Shown here: positions 26,318 to 38,582 of the stretch, one piece after another
How positions within the stretch are numbered: position 1 is the stretch's first letter
Layout: each line of letters opens with the position of its first letter
Origin: Eledone cirrhosa
Lineage: Eukaryota
Assembly (NCBI GenBank): GCA_964016885.1
Contig: OZ024743.1
Coordinates: 368,156,001 to 368,220,000 of the forward strand
DNA length: 64,000 nt
Direction of reading: 5' to 3'
Notes under the pieces: generated by a model
Seen by the model: the letters and a program-made list of their open reading frames with translations, nothing else
What the model was told of the DNA's origin: nothing
The model's database searches: none
Translations under genes and position numbers: made by a program

Positions 26318-26453
26318 GTAGTTTTGGTGGAGCTCTTGGTTTCATTGGGTGTATGAGATATTTAGATATTGGGAATATACCAGTTAAGAATGGTCTACCA
26401 AAAGGTTCAAATCCTGTGGGAATCAATGTTGGAAACTGTGCTATTAGAAATAG
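26318..26453 (+). CDS. Neurexin-IV/CNTNAP-like exon (LamG C-terminus, GFIGCMR), phase 1->2
   Basis: TTGTAG acceptor and GTAAGT donor. Encodes (G)SFGGALGFIGCMRYLDIGNIPVKNGLPKGSNPVGINVGNCAIRN(R). Confidence 0.92.
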
Positions 26454-26965
26454 GTAAGTATAATTTACTGTGACTTTTTAGCTATTTAGCAGATAACTAC
26501 ATTTTAATGAGGTTCAAATGACAAGGAAATAAATGTAGTAGGATTTAACTAACTGCTGCCAGTTGTCATTGAGACCTCTGGTGTTCTCAGTCACTGAACT
26601 GCTGTTTTTCTCTGCAAAATCAAGAAGAGTGTGCATCATTTGAGGAAGGAGCCCTGTGAGGTAGAGTGGCTGATGCAGCAGGTGTCACTGTCTCTTCTCT
26701 GCAGCAATGCTTTCATCATTTTGTCTGTGAAATACAGCTGAGATATACCATCTAGATTGGGGTGTAGTTTTCTGCTCCCTCCTTCATTTTCCCATATTTT
26801 TGCTATTTAACTTTTTTCTCAATATATTCATTGTAAAGTGGTTAGTGATAATAAAGGTATTCAGCCATAGAAAGCTTGCCAAGCAAAGGGTTACGAGGAC
26901 TTTTCAGTTGTACAAAAGAAAAATAAAAGCATAGCATTGTTGTTTGAGATACTATATAATCATAA

Positions 26966-27051
26966 ATAATTGTTTCTACTTTAGGCACAAGGCCAGCAAA
27001 TTCCCCAGTGCATTACTGGTACTTTATTTTATCGACCCCGTAAGGATGAAA
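26966..27051 (-). mobile_element. Truncated tRNA-SINE 3' half
   Basis: AATAATTGTTTCTACTTTAGGCACAAGGCCAG..TATCGACCCCGTAAGGATGAA, same family as 59513-59696. Confidence 0.8.
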
Positions 27052-27183
27052 TATACTCTGATCATATTTTATTCAAACTAGCCAATTACTTTTTGATGTC
27101 TCTTTGTTAAAATGTCTAAATAATTGAATTTTAAGAATGATTTGTTCTTGGTACTGTAGCATTTTTTCTTTTTTTTTTTATAG

Positions 27184-27290
27184 ATGTACTCCAAATCCAT
27201 GTGAAAATGAAGGTATTTGTAACCAAGATTGGAACACATTTACTTGTGACTGTAGCCGTACTGGCTATAGAGGTGCTGTCTGTCATGTCT
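27184..27290 (+). CDS. Neurexin-IV/CNTNAP-like exon (EGF domain), phase 2->1
   Basis: Poly-T + TAG acceptor and GTGAGT donor. Encodes [35 protein letters not shown], a 6-Cys EGF with the Caspr-type TGYxGAxCH. Confidence 0.95.
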
Positions 27291-28520
27291 GTGAGTATCT
27301 GAAAGTTTATACAAATTTTGATTTATTTTGACTAACAAGAAAGGTCATATATTTTCAAAGAGCAATGTAACATACATGCCTTTCCCAAAGGCATGTATGT
27401 TACATAGAGTAAATGGCTTCACCTGGAAATTGTTGCAATATTAGCTTACTTGAAATTTACCACTTGTTCTTCAGCATTTTAACCCTATATTATATAGTTT
27501 AAAAAATTATATTACTAATTCTTGTGTTGTACTTGTTTGCCAAATGATTTGATTTAAGACCATGTGGTAGGAATAAATCAATTACATTGAAATAGAGACA
27601 GTGTTGTTATTAAAAAATACAGATACCCTGTTGTAGTCACTTTTCCTTTATTATTTTGTAGCAATAATAATAATATATATTATGAGATGTCAAAGGTCTT
27701 TTGTCTCAGACACTCTCCTTCACTGACTAAAATCCCAAGTTTTTTCTACAATATTTTTGAGACATTGCAGCTCAGCTTTTCCATTATCAAATATCTACTT
27801 GAAGTTAAATTTCAGTTGCATTTTTTTATGTGAAATAGCTACTATTATTGTAATAATCAGCATAAACTAAAGTTTATTCAGTAAAAGAGGTAAAACAAGA
27901 AATATTGGCAAGTCAAGGAGAAAAGAAAACTGACATTTTTTATTATTTAGAAGGAACTGACTTTCTAACTCTTGAAATAACTAATTTCCATATGTTTTGG
28001 ATATTACAAGTAGAATTTATGCTGGTGGCCATTTTATTTATTGATCACAATAAAAATATTTACATACTAATAAACAAAAAGATTTGAAAAACAAAAGAAC
28101 TTTTTTTCTATTAGTGGTAAATTGCTTTTCAGAAATAGGGAGATTCCAAAATATTCAGAAAATACTTCAGCCTTAATAGTCAGCTTTAAAAACCTGTTTC
28201 CCTTTAAATTCCTTGAAAACAAATTACATTTTTTTTAAAGCTATTTTTATATTACTGCCTTCCTAACTAGTCAAAAGAACTGGAGTTTTATCACAGCTGT
28301 TTCCAAATAGTGTCGATTTAAATACTTTTTACATTTTTGTTTATGATGACTAGTATTTTCACTTCAGCAAAAACAGTTTTATAACGACAGTATACTGTAA
28401 TGTAATTTATATAATATTCAAATATATCAGTAAAAATAATAGTTTTAAGGTTAATTCTTCAGTTTGTTCTTACATATTTTTTCAGTATTGTATCATTTCC
28501 TTTATGGTTATTTTTTACAG

Positions 28521-28655
28521 CTGAACACTATTTGTCTTGCCATTATTTCAAGATACATTCTCAGAATGAAAATACAAAAACAATTACAGTAGATCTTGAT
28601 GGCTCTGGACCAATGAGACCATTTGTTATAGACTGCTCAATGAAAAAAGAAGATG
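28521..28655 (+). CDS. Neurexin-IV/CNTNAP-like exon (start of fibrinogen-like domain), phase 1->1
   Basis: TTTTACAG acceptor and GTAAGT donor. Encodes (S)EHYLSCHYFKIHSQNENTKTITVDLDGSGPMRPFVIDCSMKKED(G). DxDGSGP is characteristic of Caspr/Nrx-IV/axotactin. Confidence 0.93.
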
Positions 28656-28681
28656 GTAAGTTTTACCTTAGATATCATTTA

Positions 28682-30197
28682 TATATCATAATCTATAAAG
28701 CTCATATGGACATGCTCCTTTGTTATAGAAATCTACGATATAGAATTTCTTCAATTGAAATTTACAATTCAGTATTCAAAATAACTTCGATTGCGTCTTG
28801 GCACAGATAATTTTTTCAATTTCACCCACAATTACGCAAAAAATAGATAAAACTCAATATTTTACGATTTTTCTCTCTCATTTAAAGTGCTAAACTCTAT
28901 CCATTACCATTCAAAATCTATACAACTTCATACTTTCTGCTACTTTCTCTTTCCAAGCTTGATGGTGATACTGTCCGTTTTACTGTCATATCATCTGCTT
29001 TCCTCTATCTACAACCCACACATTTTGCTACTTTCTCTTTTATACTTCAAAATTACTGATTTATTTCCAAATGCATACAAACACACACTCACTTCAAATG
29101 ATAAAAAAACATTTAAAGCAATTAAACAATGTGCGTGATTTATAACCACACTAACGTTTAGTTGCTTCAAACTTAGTGATTTATTTACAAACACATACAA
29201 ACACACTCACATAAATTGATAAAAAAAAATTTAAAGCAATTAAACAACGTGCGGGATTTATAACCACAAATACACGACTATTCATTAACAACATTTAAAG
29301 CAATTAAAGAACGTGCGTGATTGCCGAAGAGAGAGAGAGAGAGAACGTTTATTATTACATAAAGTACCAGTAATGTACTGGGTAATTGCTGGCCTTGTGC
29401 CAAAAAAGTAGAAACAATTATTACACTTCATACGAAACGACAATTATTCAAAAGCAACAGATACATTTATTCAACAACAAGCGATAAATTTTTTTTAAAA
29501 CCTCTCAACGAACGTGGATTCTTACAGACTTTGAGTCGAATCGGTTTGAAATTGTGCAAATGTATAAACATGGAACATGTGCACACACACAACAACAACA
29601 ACAATCTGCCTTTTATAGATAATGATAAACAATAATATCCTCTATGAGGTCACTAAACCTGCTAGAAACAGCAGCTAACTCTCCCCCATATCACACCCCT
29701 CCCTACTGTCTTAAATTTAGAAAACATATCTTCTATGAGGTCACTAAACCTGCTAGAAACAGCAGCTAACTCTCCCCCATATCACACCACTCCCTACTGT
29801 CTAAATTTAGAAAACACATATCCTCTATGAGGTCACTAAACCTGCTAGAAACAACAGCTAACTCTCCCTCATATCACAACCCTCCCTACTGTCTTAAATT
29901 TAGAAAACACACAGACAACCATGCAGAACAACTCCATCGCAGCTCTGTTGTTCGGCTGGCATCGTCTACGCGCGTGTTGCGCAAGTACTGTGAAACAATA
30001 AATTTCAACACTTTTTTGCACAGAGATAATATCCATAGGCGAAACTATAATTGTCACTGCTGGCGCAGCTCATGCTTCCAGGTCTGCAATTCATTCACCC
30101 AGTGCCTGGCAGACAAAAAAGTGCTGCCATAAAATGGGTGGTGCAACCTAACTTTGGTAACTTAATGACCCCGAACAACGCCGGGCTTTAATGCTAG
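28682..30197 (+). mobile_element. Non-autonomous Helitron (longer sibling of 10697-11700)
   Basis: Shared 5' TATCATAATCTATAAAGCTCA, shared 3x tandem unit, 3' CCCGAACAACGCCGGG..CTAG. About 500 bp extra, including a SINE 3' stub at 29358-29422. Confidence 0.85.
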
Positions 30198-30245
30198 ATA
30201 ACATTAAGCAATATTTGCCAGATTCAAATATTGTAGTGTTTAGAA

Positions 30246-30593
30246 CAGAGATTCTCAAAGTGGGAGTTACCCCCCCCCCCCCGGGGGTGTTGATAAGGCC
30301 CAGGGGGTGCTGGAGCCTAAGGGGGCAGTGGGGGGAGTAGAGATGATACATATTATATATAAATATAGTAAAATAAAAAATATATAATACTTATTTATAC
30401 ATAGAATATATTATATTTATTATATATAAATTATTATATATAAATTATAAATATTTATTATATATAAATTCTATTTGTTATATATTATTTACAATTTGTG
30501 TGTAGGCAGGTCTCTCTGGAAATAGGGTTGGGTGTGCTGAGGATATTATGTGGTCGTGAGGAGATGGTTGCTCCAAAAGTTTGAGAAACTCTG
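30246..30593. mobile_element. hAT (Charlie-like) MITE
   Basis: TIRs CAGAGATTCTCAAAGT / AGTTTGAGAAACTCTG. 8-bp TSD GTTTAGAA / GTTTAGAT (7/8). Confidence 0.85.
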
Positions 30594-32462
30594 GTTTAGA
30601 TGGTTTGTAACCATCTAACTAATAAACATATAGTTTCTTACTCATATCTAGGATTTCACATGTTTATGCCTTACCATTTTTTAGGTTGAGCCAGCTGATA
30701 CATCACTTGTAATATTTTCATATTCCAGAAAAAAAAATCTTTGTTTACCTTATAAGGTGTAACTGCAGTTTAAAAAAAAATGATGGGTAACTGACAAATA
30801 TAGTTTTGAGGAATGTGGCCTTAGTAAAAACAAAGACTTAATCTTTGTTGCAGTATTAATAATAATTTTATAATCACTTATAATCATCTCTCATAAAATT
30901 ATGGAAAGAAAAGTAAAATGTATCTATAAACTGTTGCATGAAATTTGACTAAAATCTTAAATTGATAAAATTGTTCTTGCTAAATAATCCCAGCAAGTAT
31001 CAATTAAGTTTTGATTATTTATTTGAATATTTTATATAAAGTTGATTCATAGAACCTGAAGAAAAATATAATGAAATTCATACACAGAAATTTATACACT
31101 GATTTGTAATCTATTAAACAGTTTATTAATTCTAGCTTTTGATGTTGTATTTGGAGAAAACTTTAGTTCACTTTCAATGTGTTATTATACCCTCTTCAAA
31201 CATATGGTCTCGTACATAATATGGAGTTGAGGGTTTGCTGTTGAGCCCTGTAACTTAACTCTTCAAAAAATATATATCATTTGAAAATTGCAAACATAGA
31301 AAGTAATTAAGATATCATATGAGAAGGAAATTATTAAATCGTCTGATTTTATATAATTTGTAATTGACATATTATCATAATTATACTGCTAAAAATTTCT
31401 TCCTTGGGTGTAAAACTGTTGAATATCTTTAAAAGATTGATTTTGAGGAAATTATGGCTGTAATTACCAAAGTCAAATTTTAATAAAGTGCTTATAATTC
31501 AGTAAGATTGAATTTGTCTTAGAATCTTTACATTTATTTCTATTGAATAGTTTGGCACCGTGTTAGCTTCAGGCAGCATCAGTCACCTCATAATTATTTT
31601 ATTCTAACTTATATTAATGATGTTTTTCTTCTTTTAAATTTCAATTACCTAAAAGCAATAATGGAGAAAATATTTCTTAATTATGTTTTTCAAGATAGAG
31701 GTGTTAGAGGTTATTAGAAACAAAATGTAATTTCATGTTGCTATTTATCAGGACCATTCTCAAAATTCCCTTTTCTATGCTATGTACAAGATTTAGAGTT
31801 TTGACATTAGTGTTTAGATATGAAGAGCTTGTAATTATTTTCTCTGAAAGAAAACAGTTTTCAATAATCCTTCATATTAACTATATTTCTTCTGTTTGTG
31901 AAACATACACTGAGTATGTCATGTTGGAAGAATACAGAAATAGCTTATTTTAACTTTACAAATAGTTTGTAAAAACGATTTGAATTGTTACTTATTGATC
32001 TGTAACTTGAAGAGCATTCAGTTACACAAGGCCAAGTCCAAAAGGAAAGATAAATTCTTTGGAAGCAATAAAGAAGGAATTATAAAGTCTATGTTCTATA
32101 GTCTTTTGATTTCTTATCTATTTTGTTAACAAAGCAGGAATGTATAAATGTTACATTTTCATGCATGAACACTTTCTGTCAATTCTGTGAATCCTTGATA
32201 AATTGCAGAGAAGTGTCATAAACCAATATCTAATTATATTTGTTTATGACACTTCTATGTGATAAAAATATTCTATCAAGAATATTCTATAATCTGTTAT
32301 TTGTTGATGCCTGAAAATGGCAGCACCTCTTGAAAATTCTCTTTCATTTCTTGTTTCAAGGATTACGATTATTGGTTTCACCTATCATGATACAGTGAAT
32401 AACAAAAGATATCTACCAACAGATGTATAAAACATGTATTTAGAACATACTTACACATGTAC

Positions 32463-32495
<33 letters not shown>

Positions 32496-33160
32496 GACAC
32501 ATGGAATGTTATAATAGTTGATTTTTTATAAAGCTGAAATTTGTTTTATTTTGTTTTTTTACAACTGTTTATTGTTAACCTCTCAACTCTAATACATGAC
32601 TAACAAACTAACACAAGCATAGTTGTGTGCATTACCCAAAAGTACAAACACAATAGTAGCTCTAAAGTTTGGGCCCATAATTATATAATCTGACATGCCT
32701 TCCATTTTACTACTAGATGTGTGTTTGTGAATGTATGTATATGTCTCTCTCTTTATATATCTATACACACACACTCACGCACATGTAAAAATATCTAAGA
32801 GGACCGATTCATTAGCTGAGGACATTTTCTGTAAATATTTCAGTTCAAATTTATGGATTGTTGAAACTGAAATTTTGAATCAATCTATTTTCTCAGGTTT
32901 TGTGTTATTTTATTTGTTTATTCATTTTCTGTTTATTAATAATGTTGAACTCATTCCTGTTGTCAATTATTTGATACAACAAATCTGCTGTTTATCATTT
33001 TCGGATGTTTAATATTATCACTACTAGGTTTTATATGTGTTAATATGCCATTTATTTAATACTTCTGAGTCCATTGCCTGTCTTCCCAACAGTTTCTGGT
33101 GCTAAGATTAATAATACTTGGTTTTGAAGTAATTGTTCCTGTCACTTATTTATTATTTAA

Positions 33161-34251
33161 CCCTTTAGCATTCGCATTAATTTTCAAACGTCATGCTTAT
33201 CTGTTCACATTATTTTCAGTTAATCGTACTCAAGAGGGTTATCAATTTTATTTGTTTGTAATTTTCTTAATTTTCTATGTACAGGCTTGAAATTTTGTCA
33301 GATGTTTAAATATCAATAATTTACAATTATATAATTTTACCTGATTTTTTTTGGTCAAATTTGACTTTTATGGGCAGGTGAAATTAAATAATAGGTGCAT
33401 TTGAAGTATCAATCAGGTGCAAATACTGGTTTAATTTTAAATACGTTGTTTTCGGTATAATACTTGATATATAAGAATCACTAAACCTTATATCAGTGTT
33501 CCAGTAATTCCACAGTCTTGGAAATTGTTTTATACCGAACATAATATTTACGGTAAAAATTGCTTGCATTTCCGCAGCATCTGTCGGTCGCCAAAAAGAT
33601 CGGGTTTTCCTTGATTTGAAATCTGTTGTTGGACATATCGATTAATCTCTTCTGCTACAACTTCAAAGAAAGTTTGTGGTAAAAAGAAAAGGAAATAATC
33701 CAGTGCTTTAGCATCGGGAGCTAATGTGTGTTGTGGTCCAGTATTTTGAATAAAATTTGGAACATATATTAGTGTGGTATTTTTCAACCACGTTGCTGTA
33801 ATATTTTTAATGGCGTCCTGGAGACCTCCTTCATTTTCTCTTTCAAAACAATCATCGTTGGACGAAATTTCAGAAGTATAAACATCAGATTCATTTGAAG
33901 ATAAATCATTAATATTATCGTTTGTTTCTTGTTTATTCTGAATGTCGTCGTGTGTAAAACCTTCAAAGTCGGTATCGCTACTTTCATAAGCCATGTTGAT
34001 ACAAAAAAAAATTTGTTGCACTTTCAAAGTTAAAAAACACTTGTTGTTTTAAGTTGTTCCACTATATTGTGTTAATTTTTGCGGTAAGAGCCTAATCTTG
34101 CAGCAGTCTCGAATTGACGAGATTTTGATGATGGTTTGTTTATTTTTAGAATGATTTTTTAGTGTGAGTGTTTTCGGGCAATTTCGGGCGGTTTGAACAA
34201 ATGAAGGGGAAATAATTTCGGGTGATTTCGGGCGGTTTGAACACTAAAGAG
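33161..34251 (-). mobile_element. Internally deleted piggyBac, sibling of 14300-15653
   Basis: TTAA at 33157-33160 and 34252-34255. TIRs CCCTTTAGCATTC / GAACACTAAAGAG. Same N-terminal transposase peptide (ORFs 33548-34027 and 33384-33569). Confidence 0.9.
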
Positions 34252-35110
34252 TTAATAAAGCTAATCCACTATCCATCCTCTCACCATATTCTGATGCTAA
34301 CATTATCAATACTGAGTTTTGATTGTGTTAATAATGTCACTTATTCCACACATCAACAACCAACATTTGTTGATAACATCAACTCTGGGTTCACATTATT
34401 GATTTTATAAACCATAATGAAAAAAAAAAGGCTATGAAATATTCAAATCTTATTTAATACATTGATTTTAAGTTGGTAATTGTGTGTGCTTGTATTTGTG
34501 TCCACTTGCATGTATGTACTACTGTGTTTGTGTGTAGTGCCTATACTGTTTTGCTTCTGTGTATATGTACTGTAGTGTATCTACACTTGTGTTGTGTATG
34601 CATGTATATAGTGTGTTGTGTAGTTACAGTTGTGCTTGAGTTGGTTCTTTGTGTGATACTATGTTGTGTGTACTCATGTGATAGTGAGATGGAAAAAGAT
34701 ACTTCTAAATAAAATAAAGGTCAAGAACCCAGTTCATTGCATGAAATTTGCAGATATGGCATCTGAAGTGAGAAACATCAGGATGTGTTGAACAATAGAA
34801 ATATTATGTAAAAATATTCACTGTGTGTATATTTGTTTGCTGTATCATAAGATTGGTACATTAAATTATTATGTATTTATTATATGATAACAATATTGAA
34901 AAAAATGTGAGTTTTCATAAAAGAATATTGTCTAAAAGGTTAGGATAGTGAATTTTGAATCAGAAAAGGAGATTTAAGATCTATGTGACTTACATTACAT
35001 TTGTTCTGTAAAACTCACTTAATTTAACCAGCAACTTAAGACTTGAACTGCTATATTATGATGCTGTCAAAACCATGCAGCAATAAAAATTGTTCCAAAT
35101 ATACTATGGC

Positions 35111-35410
35111 TGTTGTTTAGCCCCAAGTCAACTCTGATCCAGCAGCCATATGATCAAAGATGTTCCAGCTTTGACTATCCTGGCATTTTTCAGGCATAGC
35201 CTATCAAGGATTACATTATCTAATGTACCCTTCATATTGCTAAGGAACCATAAATATCACAATCTCTTATGTGAAAAAAGAAAAAAATATAGATTTGTTT
35301 ATACTTTTGTAAAAGAAGATATAATGTAGACAGTGCCTGAAAAAGATGGGATGGTCATATTTTGACCAGGTCTACCCAATCAGAGTAGACCTGAGTTTAT
35401 ACAACAGCAA
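35111..35410. repeat. Fold-back/MITE-like element with long imperfect terminal inverted repeats
   Basis: TGTTGTTTAGCCCCAAGTCAACTCTGAT...TTTTTCAGGCA on the left pairs with TGCCTGAAAAA...ATCAGAGTAGACCTGAGTTTATACAACA on the right. Confidence 0.6.
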
Positions 35411-35613
35411 CAACAAAGAATCAATCACCTTCATATTTTACTTTGAAATAGTTCTTTCATATATTTTACAATGTAAGAGTTGTGTATTTGCAAAAACTAT
35501 ATTCAGTAGGCTGCTATTCTAGGGTTTTGTTTGTAGCAGGTTTGATACTGTATCATTAAGCTTATTCCTTGTATTTACATCTTTCTACACTGAAATTTTA
35601 GAATGGTATTTTT

Positions 35614-36385
35614 CTAGGGCGGGTAAAATTCCCGAGATCCATGGACGAGTTCTCTCCAGCGGTCTCTATTCCTCATTATCGCTGCCATGGCCTGCATCTC
35701 CAACAGACCAGTGTCTGTCCTTAGGGCATCAACATACGTTAACCTTGGACTTCCTCTTCCAGTGTGTCCATGTAGGAGTTCCCACAGGAGCACTGAGTGC
35801 AATGTCAACTCTGGATGTCGGGGAGCATGTCCAGCTAGTCTCAGTCTCCTCTGTGTCACTTTTGAGCTGACTTTTGGGAGGCTCCCATACAGCTGAGTTT
35901 TTCATCCTCAGTGTATACTGATTAATGTTCAGAGCCATCCTCATCATTCTCGTGTAACACCCATCCACCATCTGAGTGAGTTTCTTGGTCAGTGTCCAAG
36001 TCTCAGACCTGTACAGCAGCACAGACTCCACTACAGCAATGAAGAGGAGGATTTTCAGGTCTTTACGAAGGTCCGACTTCCACACCGATCTCAAGCTGTG
36101 GCACGCCACCCAGGCTTTGCTCTTCTTCTCAACCACATCATCTTCCTTATTCCCAATCTTCCCAAATACAGGAAGTCCTCAACCAATTCTAGTGGCTTCC
36201 TGCCTACATTAGTGATCCCCTCTGGCTTCCCAACATTCTCTACCAGATATTTTGTTTTAGTCTCATTCATTCTCAGCCCCCCACTCATCGACAGTCTCAA
36301 CCTCCTGCATTAAATCCTCTGCCTCCTTCACTGTATTTGTCACCAAAACTATGTCGTCGGCAAATTCAGCATCTGATATCTTTTT
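35614..36385 (-). mobile_element. RTE-like LINE 3' portion (RT C-terminus)
   Basis: EFADDIVL, GLRMNETKTKY, VEDFLYLG, VESVLLYRSETWTLT, RRLRLAGH, GRGSPRLTYVD. Confidence 0.88.
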
Positions 36386-37468
36386 CAAATGGTATATTGA
36401 AACATAAAAAATACAAATGACAAACTAAAATTTTTTTTTTTTATAAATTATTTTTAATGCTTCAGTAAAAAGCAAATGCAAAGAATTCTGATTTAAACAA
36501 GAGAATTTTTTACAACCATTTTCTGATATTAGAAATCCTGTTTGTTCATTGAACATTGCAGTAATAGTGAACTGAAGGAAAATAAAAAAACAAAACATAA
36601 AAGACATTTTAATAATGAAACTCCTGTTGGTTGCTTAGTGACATGTAGTTGAAGAGACACTGATGCACAATGTTTTCTTCTTTTTAGTTTTATTCCTTAT
36701 TTTTGCAAGGAAACAAAAATGTGTACGTTTAACTATTGGTATTTATATTAAGGATTTTTCATTTGATCATTGGTAAAGCTTTGATAATACTATTTTACAA
36801 GACAAATTTGTGAATCAAGATTTAAAAAGTAGAAAGGCTTCAGAACATTTCTTCTCTTAACACTAGATCTTTTCTTCGGGGTCATATATGTACAGCATGA
36901 CAGTCCTTAACCATTTTCTTCTAACATAGACACTAAGCAGATGAATAGAAATGTTTCTGACTTTTTGCAAATAAAAGTGCCAACCAAATAAGGTACCTCT
37001 ATGCGGCTGCTTGACCACAAAAATTAGCAAATAAATCTCCTTCAAATCACATCCTGCTATTAAAAACAGGAAGGATATATTAGATAATGTAATCCAAGAC
37101 ATCTCTGAAAATATGGCTGAAATTCCATTCACCATAAGTCTGTTGAATGTGAGCTGACTTGGACCTAAAAAGAACAATCAATAAAAAATACCTGGGACTA
37201 TCAGTTTTTCATTCTTTTAAAAATTAGATTGACTTTGTTGTATCAGAAATATATAATATAGTGATATAAGAAAGACTTATCTATAATGTTATTCTACTAT
37301 CATTTGCATATGGAACTAACTATGGAATGCAATCAAAGGCATAATCTGTTAAAGATACATTTATATTATTTATAATATTGATAAAAAAATTGACTGATTG
37401 GACACCACCAGAGGGCGTTAGCCCCGGTGTTTTGCATAGCTATGGCTTCCTAAAACTGTGTTTCTTTA

Positions 37469-37771
37469 GAAATACGAAATTTCTATACATATTTGTATAA
37501 AGCTATGCTTGAAGCGAAATCCTAATTCTATTCTATTATAAGTTGAGCCAACGTATGCAGCTTCATATGCAAATGAGATTAATCACCTCATCTACACAGA
37601 CGAGAAAGCTATATATTCTCGACTGTTTTCAAGTCCAGCAGTCGCAAGCGGTGGGAAGGACCGTCCTGAAGAAGGCCAGTCAAGCCTGAAATGCATAGAC
37701 GGAAATACGAAATTTCTATACATATTTGTATAATGCTATGCTTGAAGCAAAATCCTATTTCTATTCTATTA
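37469..37771 (+). mobile_element. Retrozyme-like non-coding element (233-nt period, ~70-bp direct repeats)
   Basis: GAAATACGAAATTTCTATACATATTTGTATAA..GCTATGCTTGAAGC..AAATCCTA..TCTATTCTATTA occurs at 37469-37538 and 37702-37771, with a hammerhead directly before the second repeat. Confidence 0.65.
37661..37702 (+). ncRNA. Minimal type-I hammerhead ribozyme
   Basis: ccgtc CTGAAGA aggc-cagtcaa-gcct GAAA tgca TA gacgg. Perfect 5-bp stem I, 4-bp stem II, intact core, palindromic ATGCAT stem III, AUA cleavage triplet. Confidence 0.8.
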
Positions 37772-38582
37772 AATTATGATCTTTATAATAAAACACATGT
37801 CACATGACAACTACATTGTGCTAGATTTGTTTGGGAAATAGCAATATATCTTCCTTCCTACCTCTCTTTCTCTCATGCAGTGTTAAGATTATCAGTTATA
37901 GAAGCGGCAGCTACCTATAGCTGTCTACCAATATATGTATCTATTTTTAGACGATAAAAACATCTACCTACCTACCTTCTGTCAATCTATAGTTATCTAT
38001 TTATTTATCAACTTTTGAACAAGAATTACAACAAAACAAAAATCTAAATAGCAGTCCAAAGATAGGCAGATAAATCAGTTATAATTTATTGCATATATGT
38101 TTGATAAAAGAAAATTATTGTAATTGATTTAAATGAATGTAAAATAAAATACGATGATGGCTGGGATGACAAGAGGTCAAGGAAAATCGAGGATTCAAAC
38201 ATCTTCACAAAAAATGTTGTAATCAATGAATTATTAAATTTAATATTTTTTACTATAAAATCTATCATTTTTTACTGGTACTATACTAATATAAACATAT
38301 TGATATGTTTTTTAAAATCACCAGCTCAATGGTAAAGCTGGGACTGTGAGTTTAAATCCACCCATATATACTCTGATATGAAAATAAGGGTATAGAACAG
38401 CATAAAAGGATTTGTTACAGTTTTACCAATGTGGTCATGCAGTAGCAGAATAATATTGTAAACAGATTGTCTCTAATTTCATTCCATAGTTAAGATTGTT
38501 TATTTCTTGATATAACGATAAAAATAATGGATAAAAATTCTCAAGTTAGAAGAGGTAACAGAGAATATAGTTTTCAAGGATA

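Noticed and set aside
32361-32430. Acceptor-like site followed by a short open frame (ITIIGFTYHDT..)
   Set aside because: Wrong phase, stops early, and shows no family similarity.
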